From Octopus bimaculoides (lineage: Eukaryota), in contig NC_068988.1 of assembly GCF_001194135.2 (NCBI RefSeq), positions 68,584,526 to 68,643,850 on the forward strand: 59,325 nucleotides of DNA. The letters are read 5' to 3'. Position 1 is the first letter of the stretch. Each line of letters opens with the position of its first letter. A program made the position numbers and the translations under genes. Below, one piece after another: positions 1 to 14,722 of the stretch. Below the pieces are notes generated by a model that saw nothing but the letters and a program-made list of their open reading frames with translations, was not told where the DNA came from and did no database searches.

Positions 1-171
1 CAAATATATATAACATACAGAAAATTGCACTACTGGGTACTGCACAAATTCTACGCAAAACACTTTCAATACAGTAACCATAAGAGCACCACAGCAAACC
101 ACAGCACATACCCAAGGCGCACAGAGCTGCGCTCGGTAGTGAAGTGAAAGCACGTTATAAAAATAAAACTA

Positions 172-243
<72 letters not shown>
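1..243 (+). mobile_element. 3' end of R4/Dong-like non-LTR retrotransposon (ORF end, 3'UTR, (AAT)n tail)
   Basis: Frame 3..77 reads NIYNIQKIALLGTAQILRKTLSIQ*, the typical C-terminus of REL-endonuclease R4/Dong ORFs. The 3'UTR ends in (AAT)n at 175-243. Positions 90-175 are nearly identical to the reverse complement of 58324-58410. Confidence 0.8.
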
Positions 244-245
<2 letters not shown>

Positions 246-319
246 CAATAAGAGACGAAAATACAAAATTTACCAATTTTATGAAAGGAGATAAATTCTA
301 TCACATATGTTGAAGGAAA

Positions 320-890
320 TTACGTAAGAGCTTCTGGGTAAACAATATTCTTTGTTTTCTGGCTTGGTGCATATCAAGTCTGGCCTTGAGCTTTATTAAT
401 AGACATTGCAAAGCAAAATCGCAATGGGTATTGTGTTCGTTTGAATTTAAATGGCATGTCTGTTAGTTTGATTGGAATTCTTGGAATGAAAACCTCTTCT
501 CCAGAGGCACATCCAGTGATGATGGTAGCTTCTATCATATTAGGTGATAATGTCTTCACAATCAACCTTGTCCCATTGCATAATTTAGAAGGATCCACAT
601 TTCTTAGAAGCATTATTAGGACTCCTAGCTTTAGAAAAAGTTTATGTCGAGGAGTTTCAGGTGGCTAACGAGAATTAAGGAACTCTGTTGTGTAATAGGC
701 AGCTTGATTTTCTTGATGAGCTGAATCAACCGATTTGTACTCCTTAATGACTATCGGAATCTACTTTATTAATTCATGGTTAATCCTTGCTACTCTCTCA
801 TTTTTTGGAGCAAGAATTACCCTTTCACACAGCCATTTATGTGAACTATTATTATTACTTAAGTCTGGAAATGCCCTATTTAGATAGAAA
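320..890 (-). pseudogene. Helitron RepHel PIF1-helicase C-terminal remnant
   Basis: Minus strand reads [77 protein letters not shown] then KTKNIVYPEAL*. It has in-frame stops and the motif VI region is deleted. A possible non-coding 5' part extends to about 1455. Confidence 0.85.
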
Positions 891-2035
891 CATAGATACA
901 AAAACACAGGCGAGCGTGTGTGACTGACTAAAAATACATAGAGCTGAACACAAGCGCAAAAAGTAAATAAATAAAAAGATGTTTACGGAAATTAACGAAG
1001 TGTGCGGGTTCAAGCGAAAGAATGCCCATGTACTTTTGGACGCCCAATGTTGAATTGCAAAATTTTAATGTGATATTTGTGTAGTAACGAAATCAAACCT
1101 GGAGTATGTGTGTGAGAGAGAGAGAGAGAGAGAAAGAGGATAGAAACATTACAAGGAATGAATGAAATAAACATGAAATGAAAAAATCGTACAAATAAAA
1201 GCACGTTAAAAACTTGTACCGAATATTCAACTTTGTGAAATTAGTAAATATTTCTTTCAGTAATTTATCGGTTTTTTTGGGGGTTTTTTTTTTAGAAATA
1301 GTGAACTAAAACCTGAAATAAAAACATTAAAAAATGGAGAGTGAGAAATTTCGCAAATGAAAACGGAAAGTTTCGCTGTTGCTACGTCAATACTGGAAGT
1401 TGACATTGAGAAACGTTTTTAAAGCAATATCATTTATATATATATATATATATAAAGCAATATAATTTATTTATAATAAAAAACATTAGACTTATGATCC
1501 TGTTATTCATCCAAGGTCAAATTATTCATGCATCCCAAGTATGGAAGCAATTCGCACAGCCATTTTCGGTTGAAAAGCGAACACGCACACACTGGCCTAT
1601 TTTGTTATAATAGATAAACAGACACAAATCTAATCTACACTTGGTATCTTTCTCTCTCCTTATCACATGCCAACACATGCATACAATAAATATGTAATGA
1701 TACATTAGCATATTTATGTGTATGCATATAATAATATACATATGTATATGAAAATATACACGTATCTATCTATGTCTTTCTCTCCCTCCCTCTGTCTCTC
1801 TGACTGTCTCTCTCTCTCTCTCTTTCCTTCTATATATATTATATCATATATATATATATATATATGTATATATNNNNNNNNNNNNNNNNNNNNNNNNNNN
1901 NNNNNNNNNNNNNNNNNNNNNNNNNNNNNNNNNNNNNNNNNNNNNNNNNNNNNNNNNNNNNNNNNNNNNNNNNNNNNNNNNNNNNNNNNNNNNNNNNNNN
2001 NNNNNNNNNNNNNNNNNNNNNNNNNNNNNNNNNNN

Positions 2036-2070
<35 letters not shown>

Positions 2071-3399
2071 CTATTATATACATACGTATATATATGTCTG
2101 TGTGTGTATGTGTGTCTGTGTGGCTGTGTGTGTTTGTGTGTATCAGCGGAATAAGCCAATAAACATGATTACTGTTTTTATAATAATAAGCAACTGTTGT
2201 CAGTTGAGCTAAAGTCCTCGTTAAAGATAAGGTGAGCAAGATATTTTATGGCTAACATTTAATAACCTTCTAATTAGCTTAGTGATCTAACGAGTCTTTT
2301 GAAGAAACGTTATCAAAGGGTGTAGGAAACGTTTACCTGGAGATATAAAATGTGCTCATATGAAAATTGATTTAGTTATCATATATAAATGTGATAACTC
2401 GTGTGAAATATTATTTATTTACTTGACGTTTCGTAGCTAATGCCTTCTATCATTGGATCTCACTTTATACAAAACTGATATAATGATATTTTGCTTTGGA
2501 GAATAGTGGGAGCAGTGTTTAATTTTTTTTTTTTTTTACTAATCATAACAGAACTGCTAACATATAATGAAATAAAAGAGAATTCGAAAATATAAGCCGT
2601 AATGATAATTAACGATGTAGTTTCAAAGATCTCGATCTTTCAATCTGTGTATCATTAATAAACTTCAATAAAATGGGATTTATAGGAGACCTCATATTCA
2701 CTGACCAGGATAACCGGGAAGGGGATGTTTCTGCTCTTTAACCTTGTGAGAGGGCTGAATGTAGAGAACAGTAGTGAAACGAGTTCAAGAAACCAAGTTT
2801 TTCCAGCTTTTATGTAGCAATATCACAATGCTCCCTTCCATTCCTAACGCACAAGTGTGAAAGTCGTGGGACAATATATGGCTATTTCTAGCGAAGGTGC
2901 TAGTGAATTAAACATGATGTGTCAATTAATGATCAGATTTAAGCAGGTGTACATGAAAATATTTCGGATTTGCATTCTCTAAACATTTCGTTCAACATTC
3001 AGGCATTTCTAGATTGTTCATGTATCCAGTTCTATACTTACTTTATTATGGTAGTTTTCTGAACAGCTTCTTATGTATTAGTAGTACATGTGAAGCGTGT
3101 AGAAGGAGATACATATATACATAATAATTATATTGATGACAAAATGAATACCATTTTAATGTCTCATATGTAGTGACTTGTGAATTAAGTGCAATGCATA
3201 CGCACACGCAAACACGCATACACACACATGCTCTCCCTCACTCACTCACACACACACACATACACACATATTTTAAAGTTATTTCTACATATTTTCAATA
3301 GAATTTGGTGCCAGCACTGATAGTTACGACTTATGAATCTTGTAATATACTCGGTAGTGTATGATGGTTGCAAAACGAAATAAAATGTCTCTACCAGTA

Positions 3400-3454
<55 letters not shown>

Positions 3455-3944
3455 AAGATAAGATCCAAGGCTCAAGGTGTAGGAAGTTAGTAAGCTTCGA
3501 GCAGACTGTAGAAGGTATAAAAAAACAACTTTTAGGAACAATACTGGATTGCTGAAGTAGAAGGTTGTAGAGTTTTCCTATATTGAAGTTTGATAAGCTG
3601 AAGTAAGTTATTTTATAGTTCACAGTTAGCAAATGGTTTTGCTGTGTATGCGAATAAAAATTCAAATTTAGGGAATGGAGATGCAAAATGCAAGCTACAT
3701 ATACTTCCTAGCTAGCAGAACCTCGGAAAAAGTAATTACTCAATGAGGGGTATTCAGCTAGTTGCTCATCAGACCAAATATATCTTATTCAAATGAAGGT
3801 TACATTGTCGTCAAGGGAGCCCATTCTAGCTCGCAGGAGATTTGATCGAAAATGCGCGGAAGCCCGCACATGTGTGCGTGTTTGCGTGCGCGCCCGCGCG
3901 TGTGTGTTTGCGCGCGCGCGCCCATGTGCCTATGTAGGTGTGTG

Positions 3945-4172
3945 CCGACTCATGACCTAATAGTGAGGGTTGTTGCACTCACGATTCCGGGATCGTGGTT
4001 TCAGTTACTAGACCGATTGGTGCGTTATATTCTTGAGCAGAACACTGATCTCACGCTGCTCTGCGATCACTTCCAAACCTGATATGTGGCACATCGTGCA
4101 CCTCTTTAGGCAACGTTGATTTGATGGAGGGTGTGAACTATTGTGCGGCACAAACATTTGATCACTATAAAT
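3945..4172 (+). mobile_element. tRNA-derived SINE (family C)
   Basis: Degenerate A/B-box head followed by TTCTTGAGCAGAACACT; similar to 55235-55500. Confidence 0.55.
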
Positions 4173-4313
4173 GTCTTCGACGGAGAATCCATCATATATA
4201 TATGTATGTGTGTGTGTGTGTGTGTACACACACGCATACACACACAAAGGCACACATAGGCACACACAAACACACACACATACATACAAACACACACTTA
4301 TATATATATATAA

Positions 4314-4505
4314 TTTTACTTGTTTCAGTCAGTCATTTGACTGCGGCGATGTTGGAGCACAGCCTTTAAGATTTTAGTCGAACCAGCCATGACTTATTTC
4401 TTTAGGCTTATTTCTTATTCTGTCGGTCTCTTTCGTCGAACCGCTAGACAACGGGGATGTAAACACACTAACATCAGTTGTCAAGCGGTGATGGGGGAAC
4501 AGACA
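4314..4505 (-). mobile_element. tRNA-derived SINE (family A, resembling Octopus OR-type SINEs), 3' half
   Basis: Reverse complement matches the 3' half of the full copies at 53891-54480 and 56333-56773. Confidence 0.7.
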
Positions 4506-5961
4506 CACACACACACATACACACGCACACATACACCTAGATATATATACATATATATATATCTATATAGATATATGTATACACACACCCACTTACACAC
4601 ACACATATGTATATACATACAAATATATTAGGCGGCCCAAAAGTAGGTTTACAGTTAACTCGTAGGCACTTTAGATTTCTTTTAAAACATTCAATTGCAT
4701 TTAAATTTCTATCTTACAATTAACTAAATTAGCATAGAATAATGATTTCATATGTTTTTAATAATTAAGATCTAAACTGTTAATATATGAATGCTAACGA
4801 GATAGTTGAATTCCTCCCATTTTAATTTCATGGATAGCTACGTTTTTTTCCATTTATTGGTTTCAGCTCAAAGCTGTGGCCATGCTGGGGTATGACCGTT
4901 TTGTTATGCTATAATGCGTAGAGCATATTTTAGAATAACACCAGCTTCTCTACATACAAAACGAATGTGCCAGGTTCCGGAGCCGTCTTGAGGCCATGTT
5001 GGAAGCCGAGGGCGGGTACTTTGAGTGAACTGTTATCTCCCAGTTTTAATCTGGTTGATATTTTTCAGTTGTTAAAATACCTCGTTTTGTGCAAACTGTT
5101 CAATTTAGTCCGAACACCTTCTATTTGTGTGTGTGTGTTTGTGTGCGCGCGCGTGAGCACGTGTGTGAGAGACAGAGAGACAGAGAGACAGAGAGTCAGA
5201 GTGCCGTCAATGCGAGTGAGATCGATTTGCATGCATATACACAACTGGCTAAAACGACCTTTAAGACCACCATATTTAGCAGAAAAGCATAAATTTAGCA
5301 GATTAAATTTAACATGTAGTTCATGCTTTAATTGTATTCGTTTGAAGTTTCATTAAGATAAGCACCACCCAATGTATAATTACACAATTGTGATAAATAT
5401 CTAATTTAAATTGTAATTTGTTTTCAAAATAGTATTTAAGCAATTTATCGAGAATATTACGTTATGTTAAACGGATACTCTTACGAGGAAAATATTTTAA
5501 GAGAGCAAATGGTTAAAAGAATTTTAAAAGTGTGACCATATACGTAATATGAATAAATAATATAAATATCTTCTACGGAGTGTATTTGCCCTTCCTTAGC
5601 TCATAGAAATCCAATAAACCTTACAATTCCACAATTCTCCAATGTCTGACTATAATTATGTTTCTTCTAAGAACCATCATATACAGAGTAAAATATATGT
5701 CTGTACTCTCAGCGTAACAGCTGTAAATTGACGCGGCCTACGTCACCTAAACATTTCGAGCAGACATTTCAATTTGAGTTATCTTTTACTTTTGCTTGTT
5801 GAGTTTGAGTACGCCTTAGGACTTTTACTTCACTAGATAATCGAAACATTTTCAACTTACTGTATACCATTTGCAAGATTATATAGTGCTGTGTCGACGC
5901 CCCAATGCGAAGAAGTAGGATCTCCCAAGACATATAAATAGAGGTAGTCTGGCCGTGGTAC

Positions 5962-6042
5962 GAGTGTTGAGTAGCTGTTGAGTAGCAGTCGAGTAGCAGT
6001 TGTGTAGCGGTTGAGTNNNNNNNNNNTGTAGCGGTTGAGTAG
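5962..6042. repeat. 11-bp minisatellite (GTAGCAGTTGA)n spanning a small gap
   Basis: About 6 visible copies, with a duplicated overlap across the 10-N gap. Confidence 0.75.
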
Positions 6043-9000
6043 AGATCATCCGAAGGTGCTAGATAGCAGTAGCTTGAGACATAACATATAGCATTAGAAT
6101 AAATACATAGCTTCCCATATATACTGACAAAAGGTGTTATGCGTAGGTAATATATTGTGGGCATCTTCTCAACAGTATATTTTACAGTGTTCAATCAGTC
6201 AAATTTATTAATATATTTTGATGGCATATATACAGCTCCTACGATGCAGAGAAAACTCAATTTGGAAGATTCGTTCCGCATAACACCCGAAACAAACTGG
6301 AAAGGATTTTGAACTTTATTACAGATGGCTCAGTTATTACCAAATTCTCTGAATAATTGATAGAACACTACAGGTATTATAGTGAACACGTGTTCACGTT
6401 TGTACCCTTATCTCCGGACAACCATTCTATCATATCCCTTAATGGCATGTCAGATTTGCAGAATACTCAATTCTGAAGTTTATCACTCCTTCTATGGAAC
6501 TTATCTTAATTACCATCGTGCAATTCTGACACATCCTCCAAAGACGCAGATAATTTCTGTAACGGAACAGAGGAATTCATGTTATTGGTTATTCAATATA
6601 CCTTTATTTGTCAATGTTCTTTAAATACATACCACTGGCCACTCATTTTTAGTTAAATAATGCAAATTACCTTGGTTACGACTAAGTCTGAGACCCTTGT
6701 GTACTGGAGTTTAGTTTGACTAAAGTTGCGCTGATGACTTCCAATGGGGAATAGACACTTGCTCACGGCTCTCCTATTACTTAATACAATGTAAAGCTTG
6801 GAGTATTTTGATTATCAAGATAATCTAACCTTCTCATATATAGATGGTCTTAATTGCCATTTTGTAATTATGACACATCATCTGGAGAGGAGATAATTTT
6901 GTTAAATCGAAATTCTGAGCTTCATGGTATTTGATATACCTGTATTTGTCTATGTAATTCAAATGCATGTCACTTACCACACTGAGTTATATCTTTTAAA
7001 AAAATGAATATAGGTATGAAGGAAATTATGTGTTTCGGTTTTATTTCATATTTTACTAATATTCAAAGTGTTGAGGTAAAACAAATTATGGTTTATCATT
7101 CAGAACAAACAACTTATTTGGTTGACTGTAATCTTCTTTAGTTTTCAATGGGAGCTGGCAATATTAAATCAATGTGGAAATTCCCCGGCCCGAACATCAT
7201 CTATCCTGTTAAACAAAGTGGGGAGAATTTGTGTACCGAAAATCTATTTACTGGAATGAAATCAAACAGCAGAAGGCTTTCAAAAATTTATACTTCAATT
7301 TTCAGCAATTTAGCTGGTGGTGATTATGTGTTTGACCCTAAATCAAAATTTGATCAAAGACGTTCTGACTGTGTTCACCCCCATATAATTCGAAGCTTTT
7401 AGGACATTATCGAAATAGTTGTCACTAAACTTATGACGATGGTATGGGATTTGATGTAGATTTATTTGCTATTTCCTTCAGACTTGATGCATTATTAAAA
7501 AATGATATATTAATTCAAATGTTCACACTTCTATGTTCGTTTTTAAAATCCTTCTAATTAATGCATTATGTATATTCCCTGCAATTCTGGGAACGTATCT
7601 ATAAAATAATAGATTCTATTGCAGTAACTATATTTATCAAATGTATAAGATTTAAACCTTGTATTGTTTAATTAGAAACCGTTACGTTAATTAGTGCAAC
7701 AACTCACATCGTATTAATTATCACGTTTATTATGAAATATGAAAATGGAACCGAACTAGATTTATCTGGTAAAATGTTCGATAATTTACAGATTAATTCA
7801 TTTAACCATATACAAAGGTCTATGAAGAATGTTATATCTAAACATTTCACGTTGTGCTTCTGAAGATTTTTCACTTTAGAAAGACTGCGTATATTTTATT
7901 TCAAAAATGGAGATTTATTATTTTGACAGATTGTGTTGACAGAATATCAGTATAATAATATACAATTAGTTCGATGAAGTGTATATCACTGTGAATATAC
8001 TGAGCAATTATTGTCATATAATTCATATATAGGACACATTTGACAGAAGTAAAATTAATATATCTCCGAGGAAGTCCAACATATTAAATTACAGAATTTT
8101 TCACAAATTGTTGCGATTCCTCTAGGCAGAATTTATATCCAATCAGACACGGTTGGTTGGAACGTAACATTATTTAAATTCGGTTTTCCTTATCATCGTT
8201 GCAATGATACAGTGTGTATTGTAATGTAGTAAACATGTTCACCTCTACAAGTCAAAAATGCATAATTTGAATATCTTTCGCGAAATATGCGAATGTACTA
8301 ATAATAATTCTTTATTTGCTAAGTGAAGATTTATAACGGGATCAGCTGATAGTGCCCCGTCACAAATGCATTTATATATAATGTATAACACACACACACA
8401 AGCGCGCGCACACACAAGCGCGCGCACATACAAGCGCGCACACACACACATATCGCTTAGTGTAGAACTCAATATACAATGCTTCAGAAAGAAGCGTTAG
8501 TCGAGTACAGAACGGTAATAAGATAATGAGATGACAAAAGAATAAACGATTACCTGATGAACTTTGTTAGCTTACTGCTGTTTTTGCAATAGGGTGCAGT
8601 GGACCCATATTTGTTCGACTGAGTAACACCTAATAGATTATTCGGAACATCAAATATGAAGTGCAAGTTAGTTTGCAAAAGCAATTGTATTTATGCATTT
8701 ACACAGAAATGTATTACAAGTGAGAAAGCAAGTATATAGGAAATGAAATCCAGAAGCTCCCCCTATAACTAGAGTAAGATCAATATTGAGGTGTGTATAA
8801 GGATAGGTGTGCTTCGATGTAGAGAAATTGTAATTAGACCTGTCAGTAAAAATATATGTATTCATATATATTACATGCACTCAGGAAAATATACCCTCAG
8901 AGACATTCATATACTGACATATACATTCCTACACACAGATATGGATGCAAATTGATAGATAGATAGATAGATAGGCGGACAAACAGACAGACAGACAGAC

Positions 9001-9383
9001 TGAGAAGAATACACACACACACACACACACATATGTATCTATCTATCTATCTATCTATATATATATATATATATAGATATATACGCACGGATAGAAATAT
9101 ATATTCTTCGGGATAGAGATAGAATAACTGAGCCAAGATTAGAGATGATGGAAGAAGTAGAAGGAGTGAAGAAAACAAGGGCAAAGGGATGCGGTGAGAT
9201 GAAAGGTTTTATCAAAATGAGCCCTTTGGGAAGAGAAGGGAAGGACAGTATGTGTGTGCATTTGTGTATGTTGATATAGAGAGAAGACGCAGTCATAAAA
9301 GAGAGGTATTATAGACAGTATACAGACAAAGCAACTGACCATATACTTCAGAATATGTAGTTAAAATACTGGCAGACATATAA

Positions 9384-9436
<53 letters not shown>

Positions 9437-10079
9437 TGTGTGCTTGCGTGTGTGTGTGTGTGTGTGCGCGTGTGCGTCCGTGTGCTTGTACCTATGTATG
9501 TAATCGTTTGTAGGATTCATTTGAATCAAGGGATTTTAATATTGACCCTAAGCGAGGTTCGAGATCCGCACATTCGTGTATATATTACATACAAACCCAC
9601 CCGCGTATACCCATGCATATACGGACATGTTAATACACTTACATATACATGGGCATGGACACATTAGTATGAACATAGATATATATGTACATGAAATTAT
9701 ATACCGATCCACACTCGCATGCAGTTTCATTGTAAATTCCAGATCCTACGTAGGGAAGCTTCTAGGTAAGGTGTTTAAATATGTGTTATCTACTAACTAT
9801 AATTTTCACTGAAGTTTCGCCAAGCCCTTCCACTTTGATGCGACAAAGTATTTTGTATACTGTCATTGGATCTTTTAGAAATATCAGCAAAATGATTCCA
9901 CCGTACAATCTCGAAAAGGGGAATTATACATTGATTAACTTAATTCTAGAATGAAAAAGAGAGGGTATTTCTGAATTGAATACTAGGACTGTGCGTAAAG
10001 GAATTTACCAATTAAATACTGTGGCCTATAATAGCAGCTAACCCTCTTCCTATTTGTGTGCCTTCTGCCTCCATCAGAA

Positions 10080-10500
10080 ACATTTATTATCAAGGCTGCG
10101 AGTTTGCAGAATTCTTACACGTCGGAGAAAATGCTTTGTGGTCTCTTCTCCGGTTCTCTACGTTTTGTGTTCAAATGCTGCTGAGATAAATTTTGCCTTT
10201 CATATAGTTGAGATCGATGAATTATAGTACTAGAAAGAAATGGAGTCGATACAATCGATTACTCCCTCATGCCAAACTTTGAAACAATTCAGGCAGGGAG
10301 TTAGAGGAATCATAAGCACGCCGGATAAAATGCATAGCGTTCATTTCTTCCGGTTCTTTACGGTCTGAGATCAAATTACGTCGCGGTTGACTTTGCCTTT
10401 TTATTCTTTCGCGGTTGGTAAAATAAGAAGCACTTGAGAACTGGGTTCCATGTAATGGACTAAACTCTTCCTCCAAAATCTCATAGTGTATGAGAACTGA
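10080..10500 (+). mobile_element. Two adjacent degenerate SINE copies (family B)
   Basis: Both carry TTCAAAT..GACTTTGCCTTT..GTCGAT motifs shared with 42676-42890 and 48495-48692. Confidence 0.6.
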
Positions 10501-10960
10501 TAATTATTACATTTTATTACACAATGTGCATGCAAAATATTCGGTTTATTGCTTTGTCTTCTTCATGCCGATTGACAGAAAGTATCTTTCTAAGAATATA
10601 AGCTATTCCAAGGAAGAGATATTATTCAGCATTTGCATGTCTGTCTTGCTATCCACCCGTTCCAATTTCCAGTTGATATCAATAATTTTGTTGGGTATTG
10701 AACTTGATGTTCCAATATAAGTGGTACTGATTTCACTTTTTCTGATAGTCTTCTCCCATCCTTGATATTTCTACTTTTAAATTAGTATATTTCCAAACCA
10801 TTATTTTCGGTTTCTTTGGTGAAATGTTATTGGCTCAAGGAAATTTAATAACTACGAGTTATTTCTTTATATGTCATGCATTTTTATATCTACAGCGTTC
10901 AATTATTCTGTGTATATGGATGTTAGAATTTTATAGAAATTTTGGTTTGCCAGATTCAAT
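10500..10960 (-). pseudogene. Old degraded R4/Dong-like REL/C-terminal fragment
   Basis: Minus strand gives ..KYTNLKVEISRM.. and ..LFLGIAYILRKILSV, matching the KYxDLExEIxRMW and LLGTAHILRKVL-type motifs, with multiple stops. Confidence 0.5.
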
Positions 10961-13592
10961 TAGAGATACCTTTTCTTTCTTGTAAAGTGATGTATCCAAG
11001 GTTTTTGCAAAGTCCCCCGTGTAAGTTAAGGAAAACAAAGAAGAAAATTCTAACATTATTTGTACTTTTTCTGAGCAAACATTTTGCAACCGGCTACTAA
11101 TTGCTTAATATTTCCAACTCACTGATTACATAAACTACACTTGTTCACTGAAGTGACGCAAACGATCCTCTTGCTCACTGAGTTTAACGCTTTGTGTTGA
11201 GCAGTAACCAAGAAATTTGTGGTCATGATGTTCGTGATATTTTTACGTTCCTACAGTCTCAAAGACTATCCATGTGACTACATTTTTCTAGCATTATTTT
11301 CTTCCACAATTTTTTTTCTACATTGATATGCACTCTATTCATTTCCACAAAAGTAAGTCCTAGTGCTATTGCAGTTGTTCTTTTTCACTCTTTTCACAAA
11401 GGTGGCTTACTGACATTTGGTATTCTTTCATATAAGCAGAGTTGATAAGTACTTTATGTTTCATACGTAAACGATTGACATTTACCCTTCGAAGAAGAAT
11501 CCAGTCATAATTAGGATCTTTCTCGCTTTTCTGGCTAATATTTGTAATTTCATTTTTTTCTTGGCTACTTAAACAAAATATCACATGACTGTAAACACTC
11601 ATGTGTTGATCGCTTTTATCAAATTCCTAAATTCAAGTACGGACTTCAGTATATGACTTAATCTCAACACTATTGATGTCATTGCTCTTCTTGGTCTTGA
11701 TAATGTGGTTAGAATTATTGTTGTAGTTGTTATCACTATCGTTATTATCATTAAGAGACGTGCTGGCAAAATCTCAATCAAATCATTCCTTAAAGTGTTA
11801 GAAAAAGTATATGTATATATATATATATATATNNNNNNNNNNNNNNNNNNNNNNNNNNNNNNNNNNNNNNNNNNNNNNNNNNNNNNNNNNNNNNNNNNNN
11901 NNNNNNNNNNNNNNNNNNNNNNNNNNNNNNNNNNNNNNNNNNNNNNNNNNNNNNNNNNNNNNNNNNNNNNNNNNNNNNNNNNNNNNNNNNNNNNNNNNNN
12001 NNNNNNNNNNNNNNNNNNNNNNNNNNNNNNNNNNNNNNNNNNNNNNNNNNNNNNNNNNNNNNNNNNNNNNNNNNNNNNNNNNNNNNNNNNNNNNNNNNNN
12101 NNNNNNNNNNNNNNNNNNNNNNNNNNNNNNNNNNNNNNNNNNNNNNNNNNNNNNNNNNNNNNNNNNNNNNNNNNNNNNNNNNNNNNNNNNNNNNNNNNNN
12201 NNNNNNNNNNNNNNNNNNNNNNNNNNNNNNNNNNNNNNNNNNNNNNNNNNNNNNNNNNNNNNNNNNNNNNNNNNNNNNNNNNNNNNNNNNNNNNNNNNNN
12301 NNNNNNNNNNNNNNNNNNNNNNNNNNNNNNNNNNNNNNNNNNNNNNNAAAATATGTGACACTTATTCAGTAGCCATGATAAAACTCCGAGTTTCGGATGC
12401 CATGGCTACTGAATAAGTGTCACAAATATTTACTGATAAATTTCTCTATTTGCATAATATCGAGGTCTCTTTCTCTCTTTTGTTGTCCTTCCTGTCAAAT
12501 ATATATATATATATATATATATATAATACAAATAATATGTGAGTATATGCACATTACCTACGTCTACATATATATATATAGATGCATATCTGGGTACAGG
12601 ACGTCACAATAAAACGTGGACAAAATGAAAGACAGAACATAAACAGAGCACAGAAACCACACAGGACACATAGAGAACATTTCCTTTATCAGCTGCTACC
12701 ATTCTAAAACTAATCGTTTCCAAGAGTTAGGGCAGGGTGCATTGTTAGAATGGCTCTTCCCGCGGAAACAAATTAAAATTGTAATGCGGGGGAATATAGT
12801 GGCGAACAGAAAACCCGACAGTAAAACGAAACTGCAAATAAACCAGAAGGGCTAGTGGGACCAGGTGTGAAAAAAATATATATGTATACTGAACGCTGTA
12901 ATGTGACGAACTGAAAGGAAGAGAGAAGAAAAAAGTTCGTGTGAGCTTGGCAGTGCCAAGATAAGACAGGAATCAGTAGCCGGACACATGTGACCAGCGA
13001 GGGGTAAGGAGAAAGAGTGGTAGATAGAGAAAAATAGGGGAGGAAGTAGAATGTAGGTGAGCAACGAGTGACAGGGAGGAATAGAGAGAGATATAGTAGT
13101 GAAGGGGAGAGGCGAAGAACAACAGAAGGAAGAACGAGAGGGGGAGAAAGATACAAAGATAGATCGAGTCACGTCAAAAATATAAGTTAAAACTTACTTG
13201 CAAAGATGACGCGTGCGTTCGATCATGAAATAATACAAATAACATGTGAGTATATGCATATATACGTACTTGTATGTACATAATATATATACATATATAT
13301 ATATATATATANNNNNNNNNNNNNNNNNNNNNNNNNNNNNNNNNNNNNNNNNNNNNNNNNNNNNNNNNNNNNNNNNNNNNNNNNNNNNNNNNNNNNNNNN
13401 NNNNNNNNNNNNNNNNNNNNNNNNNNNNNNNNNNNNNNNNNNNNNNNNNNNNNNNNNNNNNNNNNNNNNNNNNNNNNNNNNNNNNNNNNNNNNNNNNNNN
13501 NNNNNNNNNNNNNNNNNNNNNNNNNNNNNNNNNNNNNNNNNNNNNNNNNNNNNNNNNNNNNNNNNNNNNNNNNNNNNNNNNNNNNNNNNNNN

Positions 13593-13639
<47 letters not shown>

Positions 13640-14269
13640 TATATATATATATATGATATACAATTTTTGCTTTGCAGTGTCAGTCAGTCTAGTGTTGTGA
13701 CTGTACTCACGAATGACCGGGAATAGTTCCAGAATAGCTTAATGGTAAGAGGAGGTCATTCACACCTTCCAGACGCATGTCGTTTCTCGTTACTTCGGCA
13801 CTCACATCCTAACCATACAGTAAGCTCATATATACAGAATATATAGTATGTATGTGTTTCTTGATACTTGGAATAAGAATGAATGGTATAGTGGTGTCAC
13901 ATTTTTGAGCATAGGTTTTCTAGATAGGATCTGCTCTGTAGCTGACCAACAAGAAAATCTTCAACGTGTAAGTATAAACCACAGCATTAAAATTCGTGAA
14001 ATTACAATGCTATAAATATATTGTTGCGTGGGCAAGTGTAAATCATGTCTCTCATGACAAAGCTTGAATGTTACATGTTTTAATCTCTTGCGTTATGTAA
14101 GAAGTGCGGAGAAGTGAAACAAAGTCTTTTCGAAAGCATTAGAATCGATGTTGAAGATTATCTAACGGTATAATTCTCAATTATTTTCATTAGGCCAGCT
14201 GTATAAGTTAGATTATTACAGGAAAACCGTTTAAAATTAGCGTCTAGAGATGTATATTTACCATTTATC

Positions 14270-14470
14270 TTTTACTTCTTTCAGACATTAGACTGCAGAC
14301 AAGCTGGGGCCCACCTTCAAGAATTTTAGTCGAATGTATTGATCACAGTACTTAATTATTTTTAGCCTGGTGCTTACTTCTATCGGGCCCGTCTACCGTA
14401 CCTCTAAGTTACGGGGACGTAATCACGTCACTACGGTTGTCAAGCGGGGTAGGGGACAAAGACAGACACA
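14270..14470 (-). mobile_element. SINE family A, 3' half
   Basis: Similar to the reverse complement of 56540-56773. Confidence 0.65.
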
Positions 14471-14517
14471 AAACACACGCACAAATGCATACAAGCGCAC
14501 ATATGTATACATACATA

Positions 14518-14556
<39 letters not shown>

Positions 14557-14611
14557 ATAGATCGTTGTGTAGAAGCACGCCCTAAGATGAAGAGCGCTTA
14601 TTNNNNNNNNN

Positions 14612-14624
14612 NTATTATTATTAT

Positions 14625-14703
<79 letters not shown>
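14612..14703. repeat. Compound (ATT)n-(GTA)n microsatellite
   Basis: Directly visible. Confidence 0.95.
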
Positions 14704-14704
<1 letters not shown>

Positions 14705-14722
14705 TATACATATACATACATA

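Noticed and set aside
3740-3790. CUGAUGA on the minus strand (3766-3772)
   Set aside because: Followed by GC-AACUA-GC-UGAAU; no GAAA or helix III.
6725-6765. CUGAUGA at 6731-6737 (and at 8554-8560)
   Set aside because: No correctly placed stem II-GAAA-NUH.
7148-7402. 84-aa ORF (also 53178-53540, 11366-11602 and a 40-codon open frame near 6236-6357)
   Set aside because: No recognisable domain and no convincing splice-site pair; cannot be supported as host exons.
12595-12780. Type II hammerhead-like arrangement on the minus strand (GAAACG..CAGCUGAUAAAGG)
   Set aside because: The core is mutated and stems I and II cannot be formed convincingly; probably an ordinary interspersed repeat.
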